Assembly (NCBI RefSeq): GCF_000150275.1
Contig: NW_002060950.1
Location: 2,034,106 to 2,098,105 of the forward strand
Reading direction: 5' to 3'
Origin: Trichoplax adhaerens
Taxonomy: Eukaryota > Animalia > Placozoa
DNA: 64,000 bases
Shown piece by piece: positions 35,396 through 49,372 of the stretch; the stretch's first letter is position 1, and the number at the start of each line of letters is the position of its first letter. The notes beneath the pieces were generated by a model. That model was not told the origin of the DNA. It was given only the letters and a program-made list of their open reading frames with translations, and made no database searches. A program made the position numbers and the translations under genes.

Positions 35396-37136
35396 ACCGA
35401 GTCAAGACTAGACAAGAAAAAAATTGGACTAATGGCGATCAGTTTCGTCTTCACTTCTCGGCCAACCACTTGTACAGTCTAGGCAGAGTAGGGCGACTGT
35501 TAGTCAGTAGCTCCAATCTATACCTACAGATAGTGGGTACAGTATGAAGTGGCTGCCGACCTATGGTCGCTAGACAGCACCCAAGTACAGTAAGCGAAGT
35601 ACAGTATAATATACTGTAAGATACAGGACATTGTATTGTAGGCTACAATATACACTGTATGGTGTGGAGAAGATATTGGAATCCTTAGCTGTACTCACTG
35701 CTATATACAGTATCATGCTTGCGATAACGATACAAGCACAGTATGAGGATGTAGACGTAAGCGAAATATATCCAATTATGGTTGCAGCTGCCTTTTCGAC
35801 TTAGGAAGAAGCTGCAGAACTTTGCAAACTTCTTCCTCAAATCCAACCATAATGAATCATCGGTGAGAGTACTAGTAGTATAGTACTTGGTTTAGCCAGG
35901 GACTTCGTTGTAAGAGAAATTCTCTTATACGATCAAGTCCCTCGTTCAGCACAGTATCGGACCTACAATGGATTTGGCTTCTATGTTAACTTCATTTCAG
36001 ATCGCTAGCACCATACCAGATGAAATAGTAAATAAATAAAATAAATAAATAAAAACAAGACAGACTTCTTACGATCATTGTGGCCCTTTATATTGTTTAA
36101 AGGAGAGATAGATATCGATATATTATTATAACTTTTATATCAGTGCTATTGCATTGCTACAGTATGTACAGTATAGAAGCATGCAATGAAAATGACTTCC
36201 ATCTTGAGCTACATATCAAGTAGCTCTAGTTTTGTCACCATGGTGCACAGCAGCAGCATCGTGTTACGACTAGCTTCGAGCAAACATTATTTCGATATGA
36301 TACCGTAATTTTGTCGAATACAAAACGGTAGAGAACTGTAGAAAGTATGCCTGTGCAAATACCAATATGTCAGTATTCGAACTTGGCTAATGTTGAGTAA
36401 ATGTTTCAATTTTACAAGTATTTTTACCTTTGACTATACTGTATGCGGCGATTGAAAGGTGAATTGATTGATATAGATTCAATTTATAAAAGGAACTCCT
36501 TCTAACTAATATTAAAAGATGGAGATTCGCTAGCATAATCCTATACTTAGACCGATTAGTCAGAAATTTTTTTATATAGCAGCGATCTTGTGAATATCAT
36601 TCATTTCGTTAAATATCTGAATTTTAAGAACAGTCACGCAGATTCCAATAGATACACTATTGTACAGTTTCATAGCTAATAAAGTTATACTATTACATTG
36701 CGACTGTCCATCTAATATTAAATTCCAGTAACATCGTTCTGATTTTTACGCTAGTTATTATGCAATCATACCACAACTATGGCATCGTAAGCCATAGCAG
36801 TTAAGTTTAGAACGAACTGTGGCATTCCGAGCCAAAAGTGCAGGCAAACCCGGGCGTATGCACATTTTCCACTATATTCTCATAGAACATGGGTAACTCG
36901 GCTATCCCTTCCATTCAAAGAATTTACAGTCCATGCTAAGAAATCAGAAAATTTACTACCAACGATTTTAAATAAACTAATTCTTTTAATTCGATAATAA
37001 ATTATACAATGCATTTGAGAATTGATATGGCATATGTTATATACCCAAGTATACATGTAAGTATCCCATAGTTTTGTTTTCCTAAACTGCCATTATGAAT
37101 TGAAATTATTGAACTCTATGCTAATACAGTAGTGAA

Positions 37137-40100
37137 TTAATCTACGACGTTGATAGTTTTTGTACATAAGACTCCACTGACATGTTTCTGGAAGATATTT
37201 TGACTACGATCAACTCTTAAATTCTTCCATTTTATCGTATCAATCTCATTGTCATCATTAGCCGGTATTCTCGTCCCTTCTTGTTGTCCACTACTGACAG
37301 AGCTAGCAACTGATCCACTCAAAGCACCACTTGCTGTCTCTACCTCCAGCGTTGTAGTCGGTTCTCGTTTTTCTGGTTGTTGCATTAGAATTTCAATTAC
37401 TCTCATGCACATTCTAATCGAAGGTAACTGTTCGATTTGTGCACGCACACTTGGATTCAATCCAGCATTTTCTTGCTTTAAATAGTATGGTACCGACATA
37501 AAATCGGCTTGTAGCTGCTTTGCTCCAGCAACGCTGCAACATAGAAGGTGAAATAAGCTAATTCTCCATAATTAGGTTAAAAAGTATACGTAGCATTACA
37601 GTTATTGATATCTAAGGTAAACCCTTAAAAGTTTCTAATAATTATAATTAATAGTTACAGCACTAGTATATTATTATGCTGGAGGTAAAATAACGGAATT
37701 ACCTGAATTTTATATCTTCCTTAAGAATGTAATTTGTCCATGAACTCATTACAGCCTCCACAGTTAAAGCTATCACATCATACTGATTTTCGTCGGTAAT
37801 CTTCTGCACACCTTGCACTACAGGCTTAACCGTGGTCTCCAATACAGAATCAACATATGTATTTGGCTTTACATTGTCTAATACAGAGATGAAATACAGA
37901 TTTTGAAAAATTAAATGAGGTAATACAAAAAAGTCCAACGCTTAACGAAGTCGTACTATCATTATGATAACCGTCAAAATATAAATTGCAGTATTTTAAA
38001 ACATATAAAGATGAATAATGTAGAAAGAACTGTTAAATGCACGCACACTCATATCTAAAATTATTCCACATCTAATAGGATTATATTTTAGCCGCTGTCA
38101 AAAAATGATTCCCAGATATAATAATACCTATGTGCCTGAGTCTCCACTTCTTCTGTTTCGGCATTACTTGTTCCCAAATTTCGGAAGTTAACTTATAACA
38201 ATCATTTTTATAATTTATATCCATTTTACTGGAGAAGGCCTGCAATTAATGTTGAGAATCATCTAATTGCTGACAACCTTAAATACGGATAAACAAAACT
38301 TATTGAACCTGTAAAGCAGCAAAATATTCTCGTGTAATGCATAGCAACCAAGTGCAGCGATCAGTTAACCAATTCTTATAATCGTAATTTGCAATGCTGC
38401 TACAAAGAGATTCACCAACATCAATGCAACTTTTTACGTCATCAAGAATAACTTTTAAATCAGATTTCCAAATAGCAACTAAATTTGGTAGATCCCAATT
38501 GGAAAAGTATCGACCGGCATCTCTTTGAAGCCAAATCAAAATAGAATTTATAGTAGCCACAAGGCGGCATAGAGTAGGATTGATTATGTTCAAGAAGTGC
38601 ACAACCGAATGATAGTTGTTTACGTTGGTCTCATCGGATTCAATAAAGGATGAAACAACCTATTTCAAATAATAGTAACTTTCCTCAATGAAATTAAGCT
38701 TCAAAAACTTTTAAAGCTAAAACTTATCAATTAATGATTTCAGTAATTTCTAGAATTCAGATGATTTTATACCGGCAAGTATGTCCTTAATGTTGACAAG
38801 ATGATGCTCAAAGGAACTTGAAACAATTTACACGTTGGAGTATTAATGTCATCAGAAGCTAGATTTCTTCTACAATTTTTATCCACCAATGACCCAGCAA
38901 CTGCTTGGAAATAAGCTATCAAGGTCATAGATATGTCAGTATTATTTAAAAAATTACTTTCACATCAAACATTTACGAATAGCCCTCATACATCTCTGAT
39001 ACAAGTTTGCAACAGTAAACTGACTGAAAGTAATCCAGAAATTTTAACAACAGAAATAAAAGCACTGTACGGTCTGTACCCTACCTTCATCCCATCGGTA
39101 TGACATATACAGTTGATGGATGAAAAATGACAAATCATGCAGCTGAAATGCTGTTCGAAGACTGGTACCAGCTTTGAATGATGATCAAAGAAAAAATGAT
39201 CATTTTAGAAATTGTAGGTATTTATCAAGTTATCAACGATGTATCGTAGTCTAAAGTACACTATTTGCTCTTTAACTTTTGTAATTTAGCACCTACTATT
39301 TAGCTTTAATTGAACTAGTGGCAGTTACTTTGATGCTGTAATTTATTGAGATAATAAATCTTTTACTTGATGCTTACCGATCTGATTAGGAACTTGTAAA
39401 ATCTCTATGAGTCTATTATAAGTACTTTCAGGTTGTATTATCAACGGTGATATATTCATTTTTAGTATTTTCTTCTTTGTAGTAATGGGAATTAGTGGTA
39501 ATTTACAGCAATAGCTGTGATAGTATAAAACCAGCTGTTGCCAGAGTAATGCCAGATAACTGTCATAGATTTCTTGTTTGCCCTCTTCCTTGATCGCGAT
39601 ATCACTCCAACTGACTTGTTTTTTCAATGGTGAATGAGAGGCATCATTAAAGCATTCCGTTTGGTTGACAATATTAGCATTAAAGACACCAGAATCACTC
39701 ATGCTTGAATCTGTTCGCCGGCGGTTTCGATATTTCCTTAATAACGTTGTTGAGGCTGCTAAAGAGGCTACTACCGTAGCACTGAATGATCTCTCCTTAT
39801 TAATTCCTTTAACCATAAAATTTTCATCATTGGGGATTACTTTACGATCTCCTTCCGCAAATAATCTAGCGTTACAATTACTATGTAAGTAGTCGTACCA
39901 CTGGTGAGCTCTACGACTAATGATCAGGCTTAAGACATCGCGTAAAGTAAACGATCTACCAATTTCAGTCATCCAGTGTAGAAATTTACCAGTCTTATAT
40001 TGGCTATCATTTGATACAAAGCGTCGATATCTTTTCACTAATCTATTAAACATTTCTACGCTTTGAAATAATAAATGCAGGCTTACAGAGCTAACTTCTT

Positions 40101-41651
40101 CGCTATCAACGTAGCCTAATATTTGTAATTTGATTTCAATAACTTTTCTTAGCCACCAAATGGTACGATTTCTAATAATTCGTAAAAGACTTTCTGTACT
40201 CTTTAACTCGTCAGTCAATAGCGGTAAATAATGATCCAGCCAACGATCTTCGCTAATTTTACCTTTAATAACTTGTATATGACATAAATGATCATGTGTA
40301 TTGGCTTCTTCACATAACAGTACACCGACATCGAAATGGCATTGGTCAAGCCAACTGCGGTCACTCTTCTTGAAAGAATTATCGATTTTTAATAATAACC
40401 GCAAGCTACTTTTGCCAATGGATTCGCATTCTCTCATGAATTTACTAGCAATCGATAAGTGGCTAGCACAAATCTTTTTAAATGTTAAGAAAGCCTTTCG
40501 CTTGCGTAGATTTTGCATCTTTTGATATTCCTCGCATAGCACTGGGGTCCTTCTGACATGGTAGAAGTAGCTTTGCTGGTAATTACTGGCAATGACATAT
40601 TTTTCGAAAGGTGTAATTTTTTGAAATGATTCGGATAAAGTTTCGATAGCTTTGTCAATACCACTGGTTTTTCCTTTTGATACAGATACTGAGCCTAACT
40701 CCATGATAACGCGTTGGTTGCAAGATTTCAATACTGCAGAATACTGTATGGAAGTCTGTGTGAGTAAATAAAAATAATATCAATTACGTATTCAATTAGA
40801 ATGATATACTAGATATTTGACGAGGCATCCTTAATCGTTCCCAGGTTAAGAAAGTGCTCGTACAGTCTCACTACCGTTGCTATGCCTTGCACTACTTCGT
40901 AAAGACTGCACAAAATTCAAGCCATCTATATTGAGAACATCCTGTGCGATGCCCTGTACATTGTACAGTCCATAACGCCATTTTTTCTCATTCTTACATG
41001 AAATTATACGCGTCGTTAATAACTAAAGATTATAGGCATTTACTTTATAACCAAATACATAAGCTACTTTTGCCGTATACTAATTATAAACGGCTACTTG
41101 AACTTGCCAATTCAGTACTGGATATCTTCCATGTCAAAATGAAAACAAATCATGCTTTTAACCAGCAGTTAATAATTTACAATACACACGATTGATACGA
41201 AGTGGAAGCAAGTTCAAGTACTGATTATTTATCTTGTGAAGCAGAAAATAGCATAAACTAGATTCAACTCAGTGTAGCAACTAAGAATGTGAAGTTCAAA
41301 CTCTCCAATATCAGCCATCAATATGTGAAAATTAATTGCATCGCATACGCATATATTGATTAATTAATTAATCACCATAACAGTAAAAACAGAGACTATT
41401 AGTTTTCATAACATTACACCATCATCGGTTAAGATAAGGCACACCCAGTACTTACTATCTAATATATCAGCCCATTTGCTATCAATCGACGGCTATTATG
41501 GCTTTCCAAATAGGAAGATCGATAATTATGCTGTATAATTATCTACTCATCGAATTGCAGCTACACCAGGCCTTCGCTTTTCCAAATGGATTTACTGATC
41601 CACCGCAGACACGAGTGATGAAATATTCTGTGTATATATTTGTGCTGCCAT
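37137..41651 (-). CDS. CCDC142: Coiled-coil domain-containing protein 142 (multi-exon; 5' exons uncertain)
   Basis: Large exon at 39343-40731. C-terminal exons: PNTYVDSVLETTVKPVVQGV...SSWTNYILKEDIKF|SVAGAKQLQADF...LNPSVRAQIEQLPSIRMCMRVIEILMQQP...KWKNLRV, matching the remembered CCDC142 pattern (FSLQGALQLKQDF...LLQQP...WLALR). The start at 41651 (MAAQNIYTEYF) is a best guess. Confidence 0.75.
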
Positions 41652-41696
41652 GGTACTGCCAGGCAAGACTGAACTACAGTCCAGTCAGAAGGGGTT

Positions 41697-41754
41697 ACAG
41701 TGTACAGTACAGCACTTTACTGTACTTTGTATTGTATACTGTACGGTACTGTAC
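41697..41754. repeat. Short TACAG/CTGTA array upstream of CCDC142
   Basis: TACAGTGTACAGTACAG...TACTGTAC...TACTGTACGGTACTGTAC, ~45-100 bp from the putative ATG. Confidence 0.7.
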
Positions 41755-42035
41755 CAAAGATCGGAACGGAAAGAGATTGCTCAATGGCTCATCTCTTTGT
41801 CTGCTGTGTCGGAACTCGGAAGTATATATTCAGTAGTTTACTGTGCCTTATGTTCAACCAATTGGCCAAAATACCAATAACTAAATTGGTAAGTGATCAA
41901 GCTTAGAAGAGATTATTATAAGATTCTATTTATAATCAGTAAAATATCCAAAGCAAGCTTAATCATCCTTATTTCTGAAATTAATAGAGTGAATCAAGTG
42001 TTTAAATAAAATTAGTCTCCTAAACTGTTGCCATT

Positions 42036-42107
42036 AGCAGAGTGGCGCAGCGGAAGCGTGCTGGGCCCATAACCCAGAGGTCGGTGGATCAAAGCCACCC
42101 TCTGCTA
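42036..42107 (+). tRNA. Initiator tRNA-Met (CAT)
   Basis: AGCAGAGTGGCGCAGCGGAAGCGTGCTGGGCCCATAACCCAGAGGTCGGTGGATCAAAGCCACCCTCTGCTA has the A1-U72 pair, three G-C pairs in the anticodon stem, a CAT anticodon and A54. Confidence 0.97.
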
Positions 42108-42127
42108 ACCTGACGTAATGTCGGATA

Positions 42128-42138
42128 TTTTTTTTTTT
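42128..42138 (+). terminator. RNA polymerase III terminator (T11) of tRNA-iMet
   Basis: Run of 11 T about 20 nt after the tRNA 3' end. Confidence 0.8.
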
Positions 42139-43372
42139 ATGCTATGAAGACATTTGTATATTTTTGCGAAATTGATAACAGTATAATTCAGTATTTTAGA
42201 ACGAGCAGGCAAACTAAATATAATTGACTGACATTCGGGTTAGTATTGCCTTCAATTCAACTAAATTATCAGTGATAGTAGCCGATACAAAGGATAAGTG
42301 AGATAAAAAATCTCGCAAAGTTTTATAAGTTTAGTATCAGCTGGAATATTATAATGATGTCTTAAGCTTATAAGGGATTGTACAACAAGGGATAGGATAA
42401 GAGCAAACGAAGGAATTTTAGAATTACCATTAATATGCTCGTAGTTATCCTGCACGTTAGGGAAGCTGGCAGTATGTCCCCGATAGAAAAAGTGATACAG
42501 AGTGAAGTGATAACAATAAGAACGTGAGCTAACATATGCAACTATACTAAGCACTTAATATGACATTGAATAGTATCGTCTGTTATTGACTATCATATTA
42601 CAGTGATAGGATAAGAATATAGTCACAGTACATACTGTACAGTACAAGTATATCATTATTAAGTAATTATACATGCTTAATCTTCTCTAGCTTCAGCCAA
42701 AGGGCAGTTATACGTACGTGTATATTGTATCAAAATTTATCGTTTTATGAATTGTTAAATATAATGGAAAAACTCTTATAATAATTATATAATTACACAA
42801 AGTTATCTGTTGCATGCAATAAATTGTATTATTTATACTGTATAATAGATGAACTGTTCGTAGTCCTAGTAGTACAGGCCTTTATTTAGTGCAATTCCAG
42901 TTTAAAGTTTTTATCATCTATTTATTAATTATTCTTTAGAATACATCTACACTCAATTAGAGCAATAATTTCCCCTAATATGGCTATATTATGTATTCAT
43001 ATCTGTCATAGAAGTATATGTACTATGATAAACATCTAAGTGTCGCTATGAGTGTTTAAATCGTTAATTTTAGAAATTAAATGATTTACTATATCAAGTA
43101 AGGCAATTTTAATTTAAATTACTGCAATAATACATATATGGTTAAAATATCTGCAATCTCCCATAATTTAACCGATACATGATATCATGTCAATTGCAAA
43201 TTTAACAACCAATTCAAATTTGCTAACGCAATACAATATTTTTTCCGTTATTTTATGGAAAGCGACTACTATTTTTCTCCAGGCAGTTCTTATTCATAAG
43301 AGTATACGCATAAATATGCCTGTCGCGAACAAGCATCATTATTATTAGTTAGAGAAGCTTATTATGCTGCAG

Positions 43373-43386
43373 GTTGCCATAGTAAC
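43373..43386. promoter_or_regulatory. RFX X-box upstream of LRP2BP
   Basis: GTTGCCATAGTAAC fits the X-box consensus GTNRCC-AT-RGYAAC and lies ~360 bp before the ATG. Confidence 0.7.
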
Positions 43387-43742
43387 CAGCTTGTTGTAAC
43401 GATGACCGACGTCATATTTCCTATTTTCTATATTGATATCTACGATAATTAATTGATAGCTGGGAACATGCTACATGAGAGTAATTAATCTTTACAATCG
43501 TAACCCGTTGATATTAGTAAAACAATAATTACAACAAAGTGATAGCGCTGTATTTTTAATAGAATTATTAGTTCTAAATTGACTTCCTTATTTTTAATTT
43601 GATATTACCATAGTCTGTCTAGAAGCTGATGTTTACCAACTTTAGGGCTTGAGAAACAGCTTCATCTAATACTCGCCCAATATCACACTCTTCGACATTA
43701 ATGCTTGTGTAGAGACCTTAACTGTATCGTTACCAGTAAAGT

Positions 43743-46133
43743 ATGGAAGGAATTGGAAGTGAGCCAATTCCGATAGTGTCTACTACGAAGACCGTTTCGG
43801 ACATTCTTTCCAATCATGATTCAGATTCTGAACCACAAACTGATGAAGTTGAAGAATACTTGAAAGAAAGAGCCGAACACAATTATCCACAGGCGCTATT
43901 TCAACTGGGCCATTTCTATTTTGAGCAGGAACGTTATGCTGAAGCCAAGATAATTTTTGAAAGAATACACGATAAAGACTATCAAGCGAAGTATTTGTTG
44001 GCAGTTATGCATTATGATGGAATTGGAACTGACGAAAATTATGTAAGACTATTAGATTAGAAGAGACACTTATATGCTTTAGAATTGATTATAAGACAAT
44101 CTTTATATTACATTTTCCTACGATATCCATCAATTTCGGGTGACATAAGGAATTTAGCTTTGCTGGATACTAGAGTTTGTTTGGAAGCAAAGTTAGACTT
44201 AATAGAGTTTGTTTCATAATAGGAACTTGGAATACAATACATGCGCGAGATAGCCACTGCAAAGAATAAAGGAATGTCTAATTTAATAGCAAGTGCGAAG
44301 TACAATCTTGGTAGGGCCTATTTTCAAGGATTTGGAGTCAAACAATCTAATGAAAAGGCAGAGAAATTATGGATACAAGCCGCTCAAGGAGATGACGAAG
44401 GAAGCGTTAAGGCTCAAGCTGCTTTAGGATTATTTTATTCTCAAGAAGAAAATGTAGATCTTGAAAAGGTCCTTATCTTATGACATTATTATATGACATG
44501 ATTGAGTTTTAGTTTTTCGTAATATAAAATAACGACGTAGTCAGGCAGTCACGATTTTTGTTGCTATACTACAGCAAACATTTAAACCTAGAAATTTACA
44601 TGCGCTTTTTCAATTTGTTTAATGTCTAGGCATTTTATTGGCATAAGATAGCTACAGCAAATGGGAGTTTAGAAAGTCAAGGTAATATAGAGGAAGGCTT
44701 TACCTATAGTTGCATAACGACAATTTCTCGTAAGCTTTAGCCTAACCTAGTTTTTTCTCTGGTTAGGAGCACTCGGAGCTATGTATTGGAAGGGCCAAGG
44801 TACAAAGCAAAACGTTGAAGCCGCACTCAACTGTTTTAAACAAGCTAGCGAAAGAGGAAATGTTTACGCGCAAGGATGTCTTGTAGCTCATTATTATACA
44901 AGGAAACTATACAAAAGAGCTGTCGAATTAGCTAAAACGTAAGATAACTTCTCTTATACGTGTTGCTTTCATGACCAATTATTCAATTAGCATTTAAATT
45001 GCTTAGTAACTTTATTTTTCCGTTAATATTCTGCCTGAATATAGTAGCATAGATTTACTACAGTATGTAATTTAATATTTTAAGTTATAAAGAGACTAAA
45101 TACAAAATGAAGGTCTATTACAGAATTTCATCCGCTACGTCTAGTGTAGTCTGAGAATTATAATATTATACTGTAGATCTAGTATTCTTCGAATTGTCGA
45201 TTGAACAAATAAATGGAGACGCTTATCATAGAAAAGCCGCTTGAGTGCTAATTCAGCTACATTACCAAAGTTTTATTATTGTGGTAAGCATCTTATTACT
45301 AAATTAATTAGGGTTACGACAAACGATGGCATTTTCGAAACAGCAAGATCCACTGATTGCCTACCAAGCTATATTATTAAAGGGATGGCAATGTCATGCT
45401 TTTATTATGCTCGCTGTCTTCAGAATGGCTTAGGGGCTACCAGGGATACTTCAGAGGCTAAGAAACTCTACTCAAAGGTAATCTTGCCGTAGATAACATG
45501 ATCAATAGGTAGTACGATTTTAAATCATCACAACTCTATAAGTACTATTTCCAACTCAATTACAATATGAATCTTTATCAGATTATACACGCATATAGTT
45601 AACATATTTAAAAATGTAGAAACTTTGACGTAGTCTAAATAAAACATATATATTGTAGCAGGAATTTAAACTTTAAAGATTTGCTAACTCTTTACGAGCA
45701 TTTTTTGGATGCAAATTTGCTACTTGTTATGTATCCATTAATATTATTATTTTGTACGATAGTTACTCCAAGAACAGCTGGTAAAAATTGATCTTTTATT
45801 TATTGACATGTGTTTATATGTTTCCACTAATAACATAACATGCCATCATCATATACGAACTTTATTAGCTATATTTAGGGTTATGATGTAGGCTATGTTA
45901 TTTTATATAGTAAAATCTTACACATCCATATTAAGAGTTACAGACGATTATATATTAATATTAAATATTACATACTCCTTTAATTCACCTTATAATTATA
46001 AATTACTTATTCTTACAATACTGTACACATCACTTCTAATATAATTTTTTATAAAATTTTGTATTAGGCCTGCAAGTATGACTTAGATGTGGTTGCCGCT
46101 CTTCAGCAAGATATGACTTTTGGATTCATATAG
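43743..46133 (+). CDS. LRP2BP: LRP2-binding protein (SEL1-like repeats), multi-exon
   Basis: SEL1 repeats: QALFQLGHFYFEQ, DYQAKYLLAVMHYDGIGT, AKYNLGRAYFQGFGVKQSNEKAEKLW, GSVKAQAALGLFYS, NGSLESQGALGAMYWKGQG, ASERGNVYAQG. Family-typical end TDCLPSYIIKGMAMSCFYYARCLQNGLG...YSK|ACKYDLDVVAALQQDMTFGFI*. Confidence 0.9.
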
Positions 46134-46480
46134 CAATAGAGTCTTATCGTCAATAATAGCATTTCTCTTTTATCAAGCTTATATTGCGTATTCTTTTAAA
46201 TATTTATTAAATTAATGTACATGATGTTTAAAAATTCATATTACTATGCCGCATATTTCTTAAGTATTCAGATTTTAAATTTTAAACTTCAATGTTTATA
46301 CATAAATTTATCTTAAAGAAATTTATGTGAGTAAGTTGTATACCTCAAATACCAGAAGATCTATAATTAACTTGGACAATTTTTATAGATTTACGTATTA
46401 ACTTAATAACCAGAACATACTTATACGATGAGAAATAACAATACCGCTTGATTTCCCTTACATTGGCGTTATTATCTTTC

Positions 46481-49372
46481 TTATATACGTAGATATTCAT
46501 TCGTAAACGCAATGGCTGTTGGTCTAATGAACTAGTAAATATATTAATTAATTAATAAAATAAGTACAGTTATCTTAAAGCAGTACCCTCAAAAATGTGC
46601 TTATCATCATCAAGGAGAGTTTTACTTTAAAGTTGTAGACCAGAACGATTATTTCTATAAGAGGACTGAGACAATTCTCTACTGGCATGAGAATCTCACA
46701 GTAAAGCATATTTAACTCTGATGTTGGAAGGGCTAAATAAACTTATGATTTAATTTAAATTGTAGCATCGACCCTTCAGTTAACGTTAATGATAAAATAT
46801 TTTATAACATAGTCACTTATCCTTACTCAAGTATGGTTATTAGCACTGGTAAATTGATAACGATCCTTGAAATCAATCATTGGTCTTAATTATCTATATG
46901 CGTATGTACTGGTATACTCGCATAATAAATCTATGTTACAATTGAATCGTATATACAAAGGTTTAGATGCTTATTGCAGTTAAAGTTTGAAACACCGTAT
47001 ATAAACTTAATCGTTCTCTATGCATGCTGAAGATAGACTTTTCAAGCTGCAGTATTTGCGTAGATACCAATAATGTCTTAGCGATAACTGTTATATTTTA
47101 CGTAATGAGTTCTACTCCACAAGTAAGATTTGTAACTGACTATATTATTAAAATGCCGGTTATTTACTGTATAACTATTCCAGCTTACACCTTTCGCCTT
47201 TTTGCGTCGTGGCATTTAACATATACTAACTATTACAGCTATCATTTACTTTACAACATATGGTTATCTGTAGTAAATTATCAGTCCGCCTTTTACAATA
47301 TAATCATGCACGGTATTGCAAGACTACAATACAATCATCATATTACAAATACTTCTATAGATGATATTCTAATCACATACTTAAAGCTCTATCAAATAGC
47401 TAATGTAACATATATCTTAGCTAATATCTAACGCTATGTACAACAATAACAAATACTATGCTAATTTGATTTGTAAGTTTAGATAATTTTAGAAGAAAAC
47501 TGAGAAATTATTCGTTATTATTCGTCATGTAGTAATCGATCAGCTTCTAAATTATTAGCTAATGGTAGCCTTGTAGTATTTTGTTAGAATACTGTAGGAC
47601 CTGGTTAGGTTTAGTGAGTCTATTAGTTGGTAAGCTGATTGACGTCAAGGCTTACCTTACTGTACAAAATCTATCTAGTAATTCCCTTATTATAGGCGTA
47701 ACAATGGTAATTCATGAAGGCTCTTACATTATGTTTCTTTAATTCATAAAGTTATGCAGTTTTCATGATAATGTTAATTAAACTATGTACCGTAGGTAAT
47801 TATGAATCGATATCAATGAATACTGTTTAGATTAATTATTACTTATAAAGCCTGTATATGATGATGTAATGTAATAAATATTTAACTAAATTTTGAAGAA
47901 TACAGTACACCATTCAAGGTGTTGATCGACTAAAAATCTCTTATTTTATCCCTAAATGCTGGCCCTTTCCCCATCTTCAATGCCTATCTTATGCGTACGT
48001 ACATTCGGATCTAGATTCACGTCTGTTATATAATCACTTAATTTTATCTTCCAATATACATGTACAGTATAATTACTTATTCTTTACAATACTGTACAGT
48101 GTACACAGTATACGGTGTAGGCATCGTTTATCATAACTCAATTTTAGATCCAATAATTTACGATTAGTTCAGCAGTCTATTAACCTATTGCAAGGTTGTT
48201 AAACCGAAATTTCCCTTTACAGTACTAGAGTATTAACTCAGTGTAATACTCGTATACTGCATTGTTAGGGTTGCATGTGTCCATACATGTAATTCATGTA
48301 CAGTACTATATTGAGTGGCATTATAACATTGAATAATTTAAATTGCTACAATAGTAATTTTTAGTCCATCCCTCAATAGATGTAAACAACTTTTGCAGTA
48401 TTGAAAATTATGAAGTTGATACCTGTAAGCCAACTGTGTAATAACTCCTTAAGTAAACAATATCGTACTTTCTTATGCATCGATTGCATTACGACGATCG
48501 CTATAAGCAGTAATAGTATAGTATCAAGAAGCTTTCTGCTTTGTTTTCGTGCTTGCATTTGTATTTCAACATAACTTCTGCAAAATCCATAGCTGTACCT
48601 ACTTAATCGACTCGATAACACTATTTTGCGTGTTGTTGATACCATATACTGTAGTTTCCTTCTTCGTAGAGGATGAATTTCACGTATTGTGATGGACAAC
48701 TCCACCTATTTTGGCTCGTGTAAACTACTGTCTAGACGGAATAGACATCGTTCGATTGTCCTAATTTTAGTATGTCATCTTTGATTACTAAGCTGTTACG
48801 CGTGCAATGACTTTACAAGGACTGCTATGGATTACTGAAGAAAAGTAAATTTCTAGTAATTCATAAGTTATTCTGTAATTCCACCTGTTGATGAACCGTT
48901 AACTGATCATTACGGAGTCCAGTAAGGACATTGCAACGCATCCTCCATTCATCTATTGATGTATAATTCTGTTGTTTTAATACTGTATCGTATACACATT
49001 TTCAATTGCAGAATGCTCACGTATAAAACATGATCCTCTGTCTATTGGAGCATTGATATAAGCGAGTATTACTGCTATATATTTTACTACAAGTAATTCA
49101 TTTTTGACCTCGAGCACATTTCATAAATTGCCATCTTTCATCAGAGTCGTGGTGCTATGCATCGATTTTACATGTGCCTTCGAACCTTTCTACGAGACTG
49201 TAGTTATAAACAGCTTTCCGTTCTTAAGATTGAGCAGTAAGAAAATTCAAAGACTATTGAAAAAAATAATATTATTTTTAATACGACTACCATGCTTAGT
49301 GTGCTGGCTTTTTGCGGTCCATCCCCAAAATGTCCCACCGTCTGTCATGCCGGCAGTCTGTATAACGTGCAT
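46481..49372 (-). other. Candidate orphan multi-exon gene or lncRNA divergent from ROMO1
   Basis: AG/GT-bounded segments 49372-49291, 48952-48885, 48705-48423, 46732-46587 and 46531-46481 join in phase without internal stops. No recognisable homology. Confidence 0.25.

Noticed and set aside
47024-47431. 135-aa + strand ORF
   Set aside because: AT-driven I/Y/N-rich composition, no motif and no supporting splice context.
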